Shown: positions 20,464 to 32,000 of the stretch, in pieces
How positions within the stretch are numbered: the first letter of the stretch is position 1
Layout of the letters: each line of letters opens with the position of its first letter
DNA from: Wallemia ichthyophaga EXF-994
Taxonomy: Eukaryota > Fungi > Basidiomycota
Assembly (NCBI RefSeq): GCF_000400465.1
Contig: NW_008806275.1
Span: forward strand, 90,001 to 122,000
Direction: 5' to 3'
Length of the DNA stretch: 32,000 nucleotides
Program-made: the position numbers and the translations under genes
The notes under the pieces: model-generated
Told to the model about the DNA's origin: nothing
The model's input: the letters and a program-made list of their open reading frames with translations, nothing else
Databases searched by the model: none

Positions 20464-22905
20464 TCAGTGCGTCGCTGTCGCTGCTTTTGCCACTACTGAC
20501 TCGAGACTCATTGGTATATATTCCAACACTGTCTTGTCAACTCCACCAGCCTGAGGCTCTACCCATACAGCATCGTCGTCTATATACACCATGATTCCAC
20601 CCTTTCCGGCAGCGTTTTTTGATATTTTGTAGAGCATGTGACCTCTACGATGCAGTTTCCTAGTAGAGATAAGCAACAAGTTATGTTCTTCTATAAACTC
20701 CCTCGCCACGTCGTAGAAGGTGAGCTCTTTGTACTCTCTAGCTTTCCGTTTGGTCTCCTTCTTCCCACCTGAGTGTGCGGAGAGAGTAGGTTTGATAAGT
20801 TTCTTAGAAGCGTCTGCTCCCAGACCCATAGCCTGGTTGATGAGGTCGAGAGACGAGCGGAAGCCATCGCCGAGAGCATTCTGCGCCACCACTTCCTCTG
20901 GGAAGTACGCTTTCCAAGACGCATACCACGCCGCAACCTGCTCGTAGTTTACGGCAGGCGAGACGAGCCAAATATAAAGAGTATCGACTAGCATAGGAAT
21001 AAAGGTGTTAGCGAGGACACCAGCGATTACTTTCGGCGAGAGGATGCCGTTCCACTGCAGAAGAGCTTCGAGTGGTTCGTAGTGTTGGTTGCGAGGGTTG
21101 ATGAGGAGGTCATGTCGCAAGTGTGCTGCTAACTTGGGTACCACATGTGTAAGCAGTAGCCCATCCCAGTCTTTGCGACTGAGCACAGACCTCCACACGG
21201 CGATGGGAGGTGGCGGTTGGGATGTGTGCCAGCCTTTCAGCACCCCGCTCAGCTTGCGTTTGGCGATATCCATCACACCCCCGAAGCGCGCATGCAGGTG
21301 CGGCAACCATGGGAAGAGGAGGCTGTGGAGCGTATGGGCGCTACTGCCATTCCAGTCGTCTACCGCCCCCATCACCTTGGGCAGGAGGAGCTGATCCATG
21401 ATGTTGTCGAATACGAAACTAGGCAGTAGATCTACCCATTCGTCGAGAAGTCGCGTCGCCGGTAGGGGAGTTGTAGGTTGCCACTCATTTATTAGCGCTG
21501 TGCGCAGTCGCGGTAGCCATACATGCCAGATCATCGACTCATACGGAGTCATTAATAATTGTGCGTTTTGGCTCGCTGGCTGTACCGGCGGTTTAAAATC
21601 GGCATCAATATCCTCACGACGCACCATAGACGTCTTGTCGGTTGGTGAAGCGTTCATAACGAGTGCTTTGCGCCATTTGCGCATCTCAACAATCCAATTA
21701 CTCTGGCTGTTTTCTTGCGAGAGTGGCTTCCATTGTCCTACCAACCTCTTGAAAGTGGGGGTTATTGCACCGACGACAACCTCATCCAGTCTATATGTCT
21801 CAAATTCACTCCCATAGTCTAGTAGTGCAATTATAGGGATGGTGAATAAATCCAGAATTGGTGTTGGTAGTACTGCAGCTTCTTTGCTGATTTCTTCGAG
21901 TTGAGATACTACATCTTCCAGCCGTTTCATACGTTCTATTCTGATAATGTCACTGTCCAAGTTTTTCACAATCGCCTTCTCTTGCTCTAGTAGGGATCTG
22001 TGGCGGTCATTAAGCACACGCGCTTCCCGCGCTAAGCCTTCGAGCTGGCGACGACTCTCGTCTGCTATGAGAGAAATGTTGTGTCGGAGTTCAGGTAGTT
22101 TAGTAGAATCGCTGGTTGGTGTCCAGGAGGAGAGATGGGAAGCTAGTGAAGTTGTAACTTCGCGTGGCTGTGTAATTGTGTTAGAATGGGTGGACTGTGA
22201 GTACTTTACACCCACCTGCGCACCTGTTAGGTCGAGAATAGGACCAACATTTGACTGAATTTGAGGCTGATCACCGAGTGCTTCGAGAACTTCTTCATAA
22301 GACATATGCTTAGTTTTAGTTTTAACATTTGGTTGCCTCGATTTCCAAGATTTCAAGTTCTCTTTGCGAGGTTGAGTCTTCTTTCGATGTTTGACATCAT
22401 CTTCATCATCAGAAACAACCTCACCACGTCGTTTAGCTTCCATTTTCTGTGCGCGTGTGCGTTCGTTGACAGCACCAACACCCGCACCTTGTGGGCGAGC
22501 TTTTGAGGGTTCGATAGGTACAGCTATACCTTTACCACCTTCACCAAGACCGTAACCAGCTTTCCAGCCCATAGAAGCGAGCATTTTAGCACCAAAAGAG
22601 TTTTGTATAGATGCAAAGTGCTTTTGATCATCGCGGCTGAGCTCTGCTTGTGCAACGGGTTGAGGTTTCTTAGCGAATAGGCTTGGTTGATTGGATTGAG
22701 AAGTAGAAGGGTGCTCCTCCTTGACTAGGGCTGGTCTCTCTTCTTCGTCGCTGGACGAGTATTCGTCGTCGAGGTCTTCGAGGTCGTTGACAACGTCATG
22801 AGATTGTGGGTTGTGAGGGGAGATAAAGTGAGGAGGGAGATGGGAATTGATGTCGTCATTAATGTTATCTTCGCTGGTGCTATCGTCTGAGCTGTGATTG
22901 GACAT
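20464..22905 (-). CDS. TFIP11: Spliceosome disassembly factor TFIP11/Ntr1/Spp382 (G-patch plus GCFC domain), ~797 aa
   Basis: G-patch FGAKMLASMGWKAGYGLGEGGKGIAVPIE; ELRHNISLI; tryptophan-rich GCFC region; INPRNQHYEPL; W..WK..FP. In-frame intron 22215-22168. Confidence 0.9.
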   Translation of the reverse strand: MSNHSSDDSTSEDNINDDINSHLPPHFISPHNPQSHDVVNDLEDLDDEYSSSDEEERPALVKEEHPSTSQSNQPSLFAKKPQPVAQAELSRDDQKHFASIQNSFGAKMLASMGWKAGYGLGEGGKGIAVPIEPSKARPQGAGVGAVNERTRAQKMEAKRRGEVVSDDEDDVKHRKKTQPRKENLKSWKSRQPNVKTKTKHMSYEEVLEALGDQPQIQSNVGPILDLTGAQVGVKYSQSTHSNTITQPREVTTSLASHLSSWTPTSDSTKLPELRHNISLIADESRRQLEGLAREARVLNDRHRSLLEQEKAIVKNLDSDIIRIERMKRLEDVVSQLEEISKEAAVLPTPILDLFTIPIIALLDYGSEFETYRLDEVVVGAITPTFKRLVGQWKPLSQENSQSNWIVEMRKWRKALVMNASPTDKTSMVRREDIDADFKPPVQPASQNAQLLMTPYESMIWHVWLPRLRTALINEWQPTTPLPATRLLDEWVDLLPSFVFDNIMDQLLLPKVMGAVDDWNGSSAHTLHSLLFPWLPHLHARFGGVMDIAKRKLSGVLKGWHTSQPPPPIAVWRSVLSRKDWDGLLLTHVVPKLAAHLRHDLLINPRNQHYEPLEALLQWNGILSPKVIAGVLANTFIPMLVDTLYIWLVSPAVNYEQVAAWYASWKAYFPEEVVAQNALGDGFRSSLDLINQAMGLGADASKKLIKPTLSAHSGGKKETKRKAREYKELTFYDVAREFIEEHNLLLISTRKLHRRGHMLYKISKNAAGKGGIMVYIDDDAVWVEPQAGGVDKTVLEYIPMSLESVVAKAATATH

Positions 22906-22926
22906 GACTGTTGGTTGTTAACCACG

Positions 22927-25900
22927 ATGGAGATTGGAAGAAGTATTAGAAATTATATTTCAATTGGAGATGAGAATGGGTTGCGGGATGTAATAAACCG
23001 TGTTAAAGATGGACACAGTACTTTAACCCAGCTTATAAAGAATCTCGGTGAATATTTAATCCACGAAGAAGACCAAGTGAGATTTAAGGGAGTTAATGTG
23101 TTGAATGAGGTTATTAGGAATATCCCAGCAACTTCAATAAACAGACAAGCAACTCAAACGCTTTTAAATTTCTTTATTGATAAATTGAGTGATTTGAGTG
23201 TTATAGCACCCACGCTTGAATCACTGATTACACTTTCCACTTTAAATTCATTTGGCAGCTTAGAGGCTAATAATCTGGTTAATAGCCTATTCAATACACT
23301 CAACCCTTCTCAATTCATTCAACCTATTCGTTATTCCTTTTACAATCTTATTGATTCCCTCTTGAATAGACATAGAAGCACCCTCAAAGCACTCGGTGGC
23401 TCCTTCTTATCCGGCTACATATCTTCCATCAAAGGTGAAAAAGATCCTCGCAATCTTATGCTCATCTTTGGTATGAACACCGTCATCCTTATCGAATTTG
23501 ACACCATGTCTCACTCTGAATCCCTCTTCGACGTCATCTTCTGCTACTTCCCAATCACCTTTAAACCCCCTCCAGATGACCCTTACGGTATTTCAACTGA
23601 CGACCTCAGATTCGCGTTGAGACAAAACATTTGCTCATCCCCTCACTTCGCTCAGCAAGCAATCCCCCTGCTGATCGATAAACTCACAGCAACCTCTGGT
23701 CCTGTTAAACGTGACACTCTCCTCACTATCACTCACGCTTTACCCGTTTATGGCTTTGGTCATGTGTCTCAGAAGTCTCGCAGCTTATGGGACGCTATTA
23801 GCATTGAAATTCTCTATTCTACCGACACTCACACTGAAAACGTCGCTCTCGATTCTCTTCAATCTCTCATCACAACCCTCTACCCAGACACTCACCCAAC
23901 TGAGCTGTTAAATGCCACGGAACTACCAGGCATCGCAAATCTAATATTTGATGTCTGCCACGATGCTATCAAACAACCCGAGAAATCCAAGTCAACCCCT
24001 GCTATCAAAATCTTGGCCACCCTCATCCAATCCTCCCCAGCCACACTCGCAAGACCCCTCACACACTCCACTCTCATTCCACTCCTCGAGTTGTTTGCTG
24101 TACCCGCCGACCCAACCCAGCCTCCACCAATACTCAACCACATCCATGCCATCTTGGTTGCCTTGTCCAAGGTCTATGCTGATCAAGGTAGATCATTCCT
24201 TCACGACAATCCCATCAATCCTAGCCTCAAGGAACAACTCAACAACACACTCACATCCACGATCAACAACAAACCCCTCAGAAGTCCTGCTTTAGCTGCC
24301 TTCACTCAAACTTTACACATCCATGGTTACTGGGATTTCAACGTCGATGGCGTGCAAATAGCCAATATACTTATTGACTTTGTCAAAGATCCCAATCAAG
24401 ACCCCCACGTACGTCTCGTTGCAATCGAAGGATTGCTTTGTTTGGGTCAGGATATTCTACACAACATCGTTCTCCCCTCACTTCTCACCTCCATACCTAC
24501 CTCGGTCGACTCCTCCACTGACTGGAAACCGATCAGAGCCATTCTCGCCTCAATCACTGCTTTGGCTGTCGATGGTGCGCTATTCGAGGACTTTGTATTG
24601 GGTGTAGAGGCAAAAATGAATCAAGTCAGCGGCGACTCGTTGAATCTCGCCTATGTCAACATTCTTCTCTCGACACTGTTAGTAATCATTGAAGAGAAGG
24701 CTGCGAAAAAACATCAAGACATCTCACAGTACACTTGCTCAATCCTCTCGAAGTTATTCGTTTTCTTCGTGATTGCTCATCCAGGTTCAGTCAACGAAAC
24801 TCGCCTAGTAGAAACGGCTAGTAGATTGATTCAGGCTATTGTGAGGAGTTTCGACGTTTCACAGCAGCAGATACTGGCTAGGCATGTCATGAACGCCCTT
24901 ATCAATGGCTACTGGCAGGGTCTGTTAGGTACTGAGGATGACATCATCCACCAACCTCCGCTCAGTACAAACTCTACGCACAGAGCTTTCTTCCCTCTGC
25001 TCGCCTCTGCACTTATACCAATAAAGCGAGAGGTGAATCTTCCGCTCGCGAGTGAGTCTGTGTCGGAACTGCAGTCTCTCTCGGAATTTGCAACGACCCT
25101 CACACGCTGGTCAATGCAATCTGCATCTACCCCTACTCAACAAATTGCATCGCAACATCTGCTCGCGAATCTCACCAATAAGCGCATCGAAAGTTTGTCA
25201 GAATACACAACACACCTACTGGGAGAATGGCCTGAGCGGACGAGCGCAGAAAGCAGTGCGAATTCCATCTTTCTCATTATTATACAGTGGATTGCAAAAG
25301 GAGCACTATGTCGTAACCACGCATTAGGTGTGGAGTTCGTAACCAAATTGCTCGATCTCATCACCAGTCACTCTGTCTATGCGGATAGAGTTGCTGGCGT
25401 CATCGGCGCGATTGCGGACGATAGCAACGATGGCGTCCTCGATAGGAAACGCTCAAATGGCGTATCTTCTCTCTTACATAAACAGAGATTCTTTGATGTC
25501 ATCTTCCCAGTTGTAGTCGAACGTTATGAGAGTGCTGCATCGAGAAGCGAGGGTGAGTACTGGTTTTCGGAGGTATGCAAAGTTTAGCTGATTTTTCACC
25601 CCCTCTTTTTTAGATACTACGAGCGCAAAATACTTGGCTACGCTCGCACACCTTATTCAACACATGCCCAAATCACTCGCTTTGGCTAAATTGCCTCAGA
25701 TATTCCCTATTCTTTTGATCGCTCTGTCTCTCAATGATGCTGCTCTTAGATCTAGCGTTATTGAGACTATCACTGTGCTTATCCTCACTGAGGAGACCAT
25801 CGCACATACTGTACAGCAGCACATGTCTTCTCTCATTACATCACTTCTCTCTTTCTCCACAGATTCTGAACGTTCTTCTGTCGTGAGTAGACTCCAATCG

Positions 25901-26112
25901 ACACTCTCCTCTCTCTCCTCTCACACACCCCACAGCGCCTGCGTGTATCCGCTCTCAAACTCCTCGGCGTTTTCCCACGCGTTATTCGTAAAGATATTCT
26001 CGAACAATTCAAGTTACAAATCGTTCGTCAGCTCGTCGTCGCTTTAGATGATCCCATCAAATTGGTTAGGAAAGAAGCTGTAGACGCCAGGGAGTTCTGG
26101 TTACAGGTCTAA
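22927..26112 (+). CDS. MMS19: MMS19/Met18, HEAT-repeat scaffold of the cytosolic Fe-S (CIA) targeting complex; 3 exons, ~1023 aa
   Basis: Exons 22927-25552, 25614-25882, 25936-26112. Motifs GEKDPRNLML, LFDVIFCYFPITFKPPPDDPYGIS, and C-terminal LDDPIKLVRKEAVDAREFW. Confidence 0.93.
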
Positions 26113-26241
26113 ATTATACTTTTCTCATAATAAAATAAATGCATCCATTAGTTTGATATCAAAAATAGAAGATGTAAACGTTTAATGTCGATGGAGAGGA
26201 ATTGTTTATGTTGCGAAGTTTGCTGTTGTTTGCTATTGTAT

Positions 26242-29200
26242 TCATTCTGCATTTTGCAGTTGTCTTTCTACGAGAAATTCCTATGCCTTTGTTAGCATCC
26301 GAACAATCATAGCAAATTCCACCCACTTCATCTCGCACTACTACGTCTAGCCTACTCACGACAGCCCTTATCTTATCCCTCAATTCTATGATTGAAAGGA
26401 GTAAGCTCGTCAAAGGGAACGCGAAGATGTCTAGAGGGTGTCAATTAGACGAGCAAATTGAGCATCACTTCACTCACGAATATAAGCAGCATTGATGAAA
26501 TCATAACCGTATTTCTCAACAAACTTAGTTGAGTAGTTTGCTAAAATCGTAGGAGCTACCAATGCCATACTGACCTCCACAACAATTGGCTTCATAACAC
26601 CAGTGTTAAATTGACTAAGGGATATACTCTCAAATCCCTCAACTAACATCTTGTTCATCAGATTGACTGGCTCGTTTACGTCCTTGTTCCTTGAGGTGAA
26701 CAAGGCTAAGCGTCCCATTAACAAACCCAAACACCATGCCTGAGGTAGGTGTAATCGTGGAGGGAACTGCAAACTGTTGGCAAGATACTTTGTTGGAATG
26801 ATGACCGCTAATTCCAGTGTAACTCCTACTAATGTTGGGAATATGAATCCTAAGCTTGTAGCATAGTAAACTGATTTGAGTAATTTATAAACTTGTCTAT
26901 CTGTCACATTCTTGATGAACTTTTGATATACTACCGGTGGTGCTAATAAACCGTACAGTCCAACGATCAAACAGTATATGTCGTGCATTTCACGGCCAGT
27001 CAGGTTATCCATCACGTATCTACCCAATAGTATCGATGGTACTAAAATCGAGATGGCAACTGTAACAGTAGTGGCCCACAAATATGCGATGAACCATAGC
27101 AGACGGCGTTTAAAGTTTGGTGGAGCGTATACAACACACCAGCTAAAATATTGTTAGTAACATACTATTTCACTAAATTTTCACTCACTCTTTAGCCGCA
27201 TCACGTCCACCGAATGCCGCCTCGCGCAACTGGTTTGCTACAGCTTTTTCGCCACTTCCATCAACGGGATAACCTGCCTCGTCAACGGGAATGAGCATTG
27301 GGCAAGGTCTTTTCCGATCGAATGACACATTGTCTGTTGCAGGTACTCTCATCCAATTACCTACTCTCATATTGCGCTTACTCTGTTTTAATCCAAACAA
27401 AGTCTGCCAATTGAATACTCTGTATCGGCTTTCTTCACCCTTATATCTTCCACCAAACATAAAGGAGCTCAATCCAAGTTGCGCCGAAGCCCAGCTCCAC
27501 CATCTTGAGTAAAACTTTTTGGCGAGATCTCTTGGAGCTAGCTTGCGAATTGTGTAAGGCATGATAAACTGTAGAAACAGAAGATCGACCGGTACAATGC
27601 TGATTGGTTCCGTCATTTTCCACCTCAGTGGAAGAATGCCCGAGAATCCAAACCTTAACACGTAAAAACCTACTCCAAAAGTTGAGAGAATAAATGTCGA
27701 ATATAAGAATGCTGAAAATGCTAATTTACGGACGTGTGTCCAAGCACTACGCTCCAGCACATCTCTCATTGGTGCGAAATTTGGATCATTTGGATCGCGT
27801 ATAAACCACAACACACCAGGTCTGAGCAGTCTTCTTATCCCAGTGATGAGAACCGATACCAAGAACAGTAAAAGTGTACCACATAGCCACTTTGTAAACA
27901 AGCTTGTGATTGGTGAGTTGATGGTGTAGTTTAATCTGCTTTGGAAGCTTATGTCCGCGTATAGTGGCATAGAGCAAATCTCAAGCAATATTCCGCATGC
28001 CAATGGGAATAAGATTAATTCGCTGGCGAAGAGAATAGCTATCTTGGCGAGAATGACTTGCTGTGTCATGGCTTCTTTGACTACATTCGCAACTTGTAGC
28101 ACTTGGTTATTGGTGTTAATGTAGATTGCAGCAAATGTGGTGGCGACTGCATAGCCCAGCAATATTGAGACTACACGTTCAGATGTACCATCATTTAGTG
28201 CCAATGACCATGACTTGAGCTTAACCCAATCAACGGACGCAGTGTACAGATGAACAACACTATCCAATTGATTAATGTGATCACCGAGGACGGGAATTTT
28301 CGACAAGACGTTTAGTATCTTGTTAAAAATGCTACTCTGAGCTTCCGGTTCATTCGGCTGTGATTTGGTAGCAAATATAGACCGAAAGAACGATAGCAGT
28401 CCCTTTACTATTTTTAGAGGTGGTCCTTTCAAGGACAGAATACTTTGCGATTCTCGGCTACCCAACCAATTCTCTGCAGCTTCAAATCCTCTAGCAATCG
28501 CATTCTGAACCCTTACTTGCATTGGCAACTTTGCCATCTCTGGTATACCTGAACCTGATTTACTTGATGAGAAAAACAGTTTCGTCATTAAAAGAGCTAA
28601 AATGTCAAAAATTGGATCAGTAAACCAGCGAGTAATATGGATAGGAAGTAGTGGGATATCTATTGGCCGCAGCTGAGCAAATATCTTTCCTATAGTGTAA
28701 GGAAGGAAGATGAAACAGCCTATTCCGATAAAGAAAAGAAGGATCATGAGAGATGAATTTTGGAATAGATTTGCTACTGGTCCACGTAGACCAACGGCTT
28801 CGAAAAGACCATCTAGCTCATCTTCCATTATACCACCTTCAGCGTCACCAGCATCTCTATCCTCGTTTGGGTTGTCATCCTCAGCGATTTGTGTATCTTC
28901 ACTGCGCCTTTCCTCCTCTATTTCATCCTCTTCATTCTCATCTGGAATAAAGTAACGATCTAACTCGCGGTGATTGTAATCACCTCCAGTGCTTTCATCG
29001 CTGTCATGTTGAAAAGCGTTGCTGATGGGCTGATTTACACTCATACCCATGTTCATGCTCATACCCATCCTCTCCTCCCAACTACCATCATCGCTTTCAT
29101 CAAGGGCTGATGAGCTTGAAGCGGTGTTAGGAGACATGAAGCCACTATTGTCAGAATTAGTGACCCAATCCGTTGTACGATTAGCAGCTGTATTGGAACG

Positions 29201-30337
29201 CAGGTTAGAAGCTCGACTGGTGGGACCGGTTGGAAGGTCTAGGGCAGATGATGAGCCTGTAGTAACAGCAGGAGATTCAGGAAGAGGAAGATTTGCAGCA
29301 ACGTTGACATCATGAGATGAGTGATCTTCCCTAATGATATCACTTATTCTGCGCTGTCTTAGTTGAGAAGAAGTGGTTGTGTCTGATGTCTGAGAGGAAT
29401 TGTCGCTTATATTGAAAGCAACAGCGGAGTTAGGAATTTGGAGAGGGTTGAGGAGTTGTCTAACTTTAGTCTTGAAGCGTAGACGTTCGTTAAGAGGAAC
29501 TTCAAGGTTTGGGGGAGTAGGAAGCTGAGTGGGGTGTTCAATAAGGATTTGCTTGAGTGGAGGAGGAGGTTTTGAGCTATCAACATCGCTCCACTGGTCA
29601 ATAATAGGACCTTGTTGAAGGACCCACTCCCTGAGCAAGAAGATGACGACGAAGATGACGACCAAAGAGCAGGTGATGGTTTGGCCTTGGAATATGTCAT
29701 TTATAACCGACCAAAGGAAGGAATTCCAAGGGTTTTGATCGTCTTGTGGGGAAAGAGAGGAGGGGAGTGTAGAATTTGATGTGGCATTGTTATGATCAGC
29801 CAAAGCAGCTAGAATGGATTGATCAACGTGTTGATTGTTTGTTGTTGATATGATAAGGTTACCAAAGTAAAAGTAACAGCGCCAGCACCAGACAGTAATG
29901 TAAGGGAGGAAACCGAGCCAAACCAAGGCTACTAATAGGAAGTGTAGAGAGTGTAAAAACCATTTAATTACGCAGATTATGGCTCTTTTAAAGAAGAGTA
30001 ATCTGGGTAATTGAGGAGGCATATACGGGGAGTAGACTGAGGTGAATGATATTAGAATTCTTAATATTAATCCACTAAAACCCACCTTTAGTGAATCCAA
30101 ATGAATGCTTGCATATTTCGCAGTGTTCTTTCTTCGTAACTTTTAGCCATTCCCTTAGGCAATCTTGATGTACATATTTCAAGCTACCTGAGCATTTACA
30201 TGGATGATATAAACTTCTACCTTCTTCTGAGCTGCAACGACAGATTCTGCAGACGTCTACAAGGTAGATATTAGTATGAGATGGATAACGCGTAAAAACC
30301 ACAACTCACCCTCATCGTCTAAAGCAGTATCCTGCAT
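26242..30337 (-). CDS. DOA10: ERAD E3 ubiquitin ligase Doa10/Ssm4/MARCH6, 6 exons, ~1284 aa
   Basis: Exons 30337-30310, 30256-30086, 30036-27189, 27142-26478, 26430-26327, 26280-26242 total 3855 nt. RING-CH: CRICR...LYHPCKCSGSLKYVHQDCLREWL...CEICK. ELDGLFEAVGLRGP; PGVLWFIRDPNDP; many TM helices; C-terminus RDEEFLVERQLQN. Confidence 0.93.
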
Positions 30338-30456
30338 TTTAATTATTTTTTATTTCTACAGAATTCCACGATGATGATATTTCGGGGACAAGTGATTATC
30401 TAGTCGCGTTCAATCGTACCTTCACGAGTAAATTCAGTAAATTGAGTAACTTACAA

Positions 30457-31051
30457 ATGTCTGCTAAGGATGTAAGTGGGGGATTTCTTTAAGGTCCAAT
30501 TAACTGATATCCACTCAGTATTACCACGCTGGTGGCCCACAATACGTCAGTATATCAAATTGCTTGGCGTGCATTTCATTTAGTCTAATTGATCACAGCC
30601 ACCAAATTCTTATTCTCAACAACCTCCTCAAGGTGGCCAGGGCGGCTATTATCCTCCTCCTCCTCCTAATCAAGGCTATGGTGTGTTTGGTGGTCCAGCT
30701 CCTCACATATCTAACACACATTTAAGGCGGTGGTGGCTATCAACAGCCATATGGTCAACAACCTTACCCAAATCAACAATATCCTCAACAGCCTGGTGTA
30801 AGTTGCGATGCACTCCCACTTTAACCTAATCATCTAATCGTATGTTTCAAGTACCAGCAACCTATGTACGTAGCTCAAGGCAAGCACGGTAAACAATCTG
30901 GTGGTATGGGTGGTATGGGCTCAGGTGGTGGCTGCATGGGTGAGGTTTTTCATCAATAACTAATTCATTCACCTGACGATCCCTTTCAGCCGCTTTAGCT
31001 GCATGCTGTGCAGGTGTTCTCGGCTGTTTATGCTTAGACGCTATTTTCTAA
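30457..31051 (+). CDS. CYSTM-family (cysteine-rich TM module) P/Q/G/Y-rich protein, 6 exons, 114 aa
   Basis: Exons 30457-30471, 30519-30545, 30599-30680, 30727-30797, 30852-30939, 30990-31051 total 345 nt. Product runs MSAKDYYHAGGPQYPPNSYSQQPPQ...GCMAALAACCAGVLGCLCLDAIF. Absent from the ORF track. Confidence 0.85.
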
Positions 31052-31208
31052 TCTTACTTGTCTGAACCGCTCGTTGTAAAATATTCACCTCGATTTCAAG
31101 GTAACATAGCCTAACTTGATTCAAAACTATTTATTGTTAATATACATTTACATTACTTTATATCTATACAGTTGAGTAATCCCTTATCTCTCCTTCATTC
31201 TCATCTTT

Positions 31209-32000
31209 TCACCGACAATGCTCAGCGTCTCCGGACGGATTGAGAAACCAGATCGGTACTATGACCAGAATCCAAGGTAGTGCCAAATAGGCGAAAAATG
31301 CAGAGATACTAGTACCTGCGTCCAATGCAGCACTTAGTATAAAATTGTTTGCATACCACGTTGGATATTTCCTCCTAACTACATACTGTGATATATATCC
31401 TACGATAAGCAATGACACTATCACGTTTGCAGGCATTTGAGGCACCAAATTTGCTCCAAACAATATCAGGGGAAATGATATATGCTTGAATCCAAGCCTT
31501 GGATAGCGCTTATGAACTGCCCACGTCAATATTGGCAATATCAATCCCAATATAAACCCGCTTATCAGTAATACCTTGTACTTCCCCACAAAAAATCTTG
31601 CAGGTCCTACCAATCCCCAAATAACTGATGCAGAGAACATTATACGCGGTGATCTTCCTGTGTATTGACCTGTCGGATCAACTAGAGTACCGTCGAGGTA
31701 TGGTCGCTTGGTATCAATGACATTTTGTAGAACAACAAAATTCACAATTGCTCCAATTGCTGTGCCGATATATTGACATATAAATACATCCTTTTGAGGA
31801 CAATGAATCATCATCCCTAGCTTGGAGTCCTCAATCAGATCCAATGATTGAGACAGAGAATTGTACGCGAATGTTTTGAAGACGGCGTTAGCCACTGGCT
31901 TACCCGGCATTATATAACCTATCACTAGCTCTGAAAGTACGTTCAATCCAATGCTCTGACCGCTAACAGCTCTAATAATACCAAGTGGTATCAAGCACAC
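31209..32000 (-). CDS. Oligopeptide transporter (OPT family), C-terminal part; runs off the window edge
   Basis: GLNVLSELVIGYIMPGKPVAN..FKT, DSKLG, FSASVIWGLVGP, LSAALDAGT; multiple TM segments. Confidence 0.9.
   Translation of the reverse strand: MCLIPLGIIRAVSGQSIGLNVLSELVIGYIMPGKPVANAVFKTFAYNSLSQSLDLIEDSKLGMMIHCPQKDVFICQYIGTAIGAIVNFVVLQNVIDTKRPYLDGTLVDPTGQYTGRSPRIMFSASVIWGLVGPARFFVGKYKVLLISGFILGLILPILTWAVHKRYPRLGFKHISFPLILFGANLVPQMPANVIVSLLIVGYISQYVVRRKYPTWYANNFILSAALDAGTSISAFFAYLALPWILVIVPIWFLNPSGDAEHCR

Noticed and set aside
26159-26280. ORF-track tail (...NSSPSTLNVYIFYF) as the DOA10 C-terminus
   Set aside because: A 46-nt intron (26326-26281) gives the Doa10-like ending EFLVERQLQNAE with a stop at 26242.
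30371-30403. 10-codon ORF upstream of the CYSTM gene
   Set aside because: Sits in the middle of a 119-nt divergent promoter, probably upstream of the TSS; no further support.
1-32000. tRNA, rRNA, transposons, CRISPR or prokaryotic defence systems
   Set aside because: None recognised by eye; the window is almost entirely spliced eukaryotic genes. tRNAscan-SE, Infernal and RepeatMasker were not run.

Overview
Eukaryotic (fungal) DNA from a very compact, intron-rich genome. Introns are GT-AG and mostly 43-64 nt, and intergenic gaps are often under 150 nt. The protein styles look basidiomycete, and a Wallemia-like organism is my inference, not something proven. I can model 20 protein-coding genes. 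In order: PEX1, an SHB17-like histidine phosphatase, an uncharacterised membrane-anchored low-complexity protein, an APQ12-like protein, PUS1, a complex I NDUFC2/N4BM-like subunit, CCDC25/JLP2, GRX5, CYT1, a type I membrane protein, a Qng1/DUF2419-like queuosine salvage protein, a homeodomain TF, an orphan ORF, homocitrate synthase, SelO/FMP40, TFIP11/Ntr1, MMS19, DOA10, a CYSTM protein and the 3' part of an OPT transporter. Two genes (NDUFC2-like, CYSTM) are missing or fragmented in the ORF track and were rebuilt by manual splicing. I saw no rRNA, tRNA, transposon or CRISPR features. The main leads are: (1) an orphan gene whose predicted splice yields a C-terminal PCNA PIP-box, QKSLRSFW; (2) TFIP11 and MMS19 start codons only 21 nt apart, head-to-head; (3) an exact CBC:HapX bipartite motif upstream of CYT1; (4) operon-like packing of four tandem genes; (5) an ER-phagy-receptor-like orphan protein. 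All exon coordinates are manual predictions.
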